Made by a program: the position numbers and the translations under genes. Below, in pieces: positions 63,946-64,000 of a stretch of DNA of 64,000 nucleotides. Origin of the DNA: Schmidtea polychroa (lineage: Eukaryota). The stretch spans positions 99,076,001 to 99,140,000 of the forward strand of contig CM097886.1 in the NCBI GenBank assembly GCA_044892525.1, in the 5' to 3' direction. The notes under the pieces are model-generated. The model had not been told where the DNA came from. It did no database searches and was given only the letters and a program-made list of their open reading frames with translations. The first letter of the stretch is position 1. Each line of letters starts with the position of its first letter.

Positions 63946-64000
63946 TGCATAACCAAAGCTACTTACATTATTACTATTCACGCACGTGTATAGTATAATT

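Noticed and set aside
1-64000. CRISPR arrays, rRNA, tRNA genes, prokaryotic operons
   Set aside because: None seen; the sequence is eukaryotic, and the tandem repeats lack unique spacers.

Overview
AT-rich animal genomic DNA with 40-60 nt GT-AG introns and scaffold N-gaps. The host looks like an invertebrate, possibly a free-living flatworm (inference only). Host genes: a 5'-truncated intronless GH27 alpha-galactosidase; a 16-kb COL5/COL11-type fibrillar collagen whose exons add up to exactly 338 Gly-X-Y triplets, with a universal stress protein gene nested in one intron; an intronless divergent PKA-like kinase; a multi-exon TMEM132-like gene; and two convergent RPL41 genes too short for the ORF track. 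Mobile DNA: decayed hAT transposases, MITEs, and a rearranged gypsy/BEL-Pao composite. The most unusual object is a 9,255-bp LTR retroelement (24774-34028) with apparently identical 993-bp LTRs, a tRNA-Trp PBS, a PPT and a 4-bp TSD, but no pol. It carries a Gag with two CCHC knuckles and an apparent ubiquitin-like domain, a Bcl-2-like ORF one base out of frame with a transmembrane anchor, a membrane-protein ORF, a probably spliced coiled-coil ORF, and an antisense decayed HUWE1-type HECT fragment. All domain assignments were made by eye against remembered consensus sequences; no searches were run.
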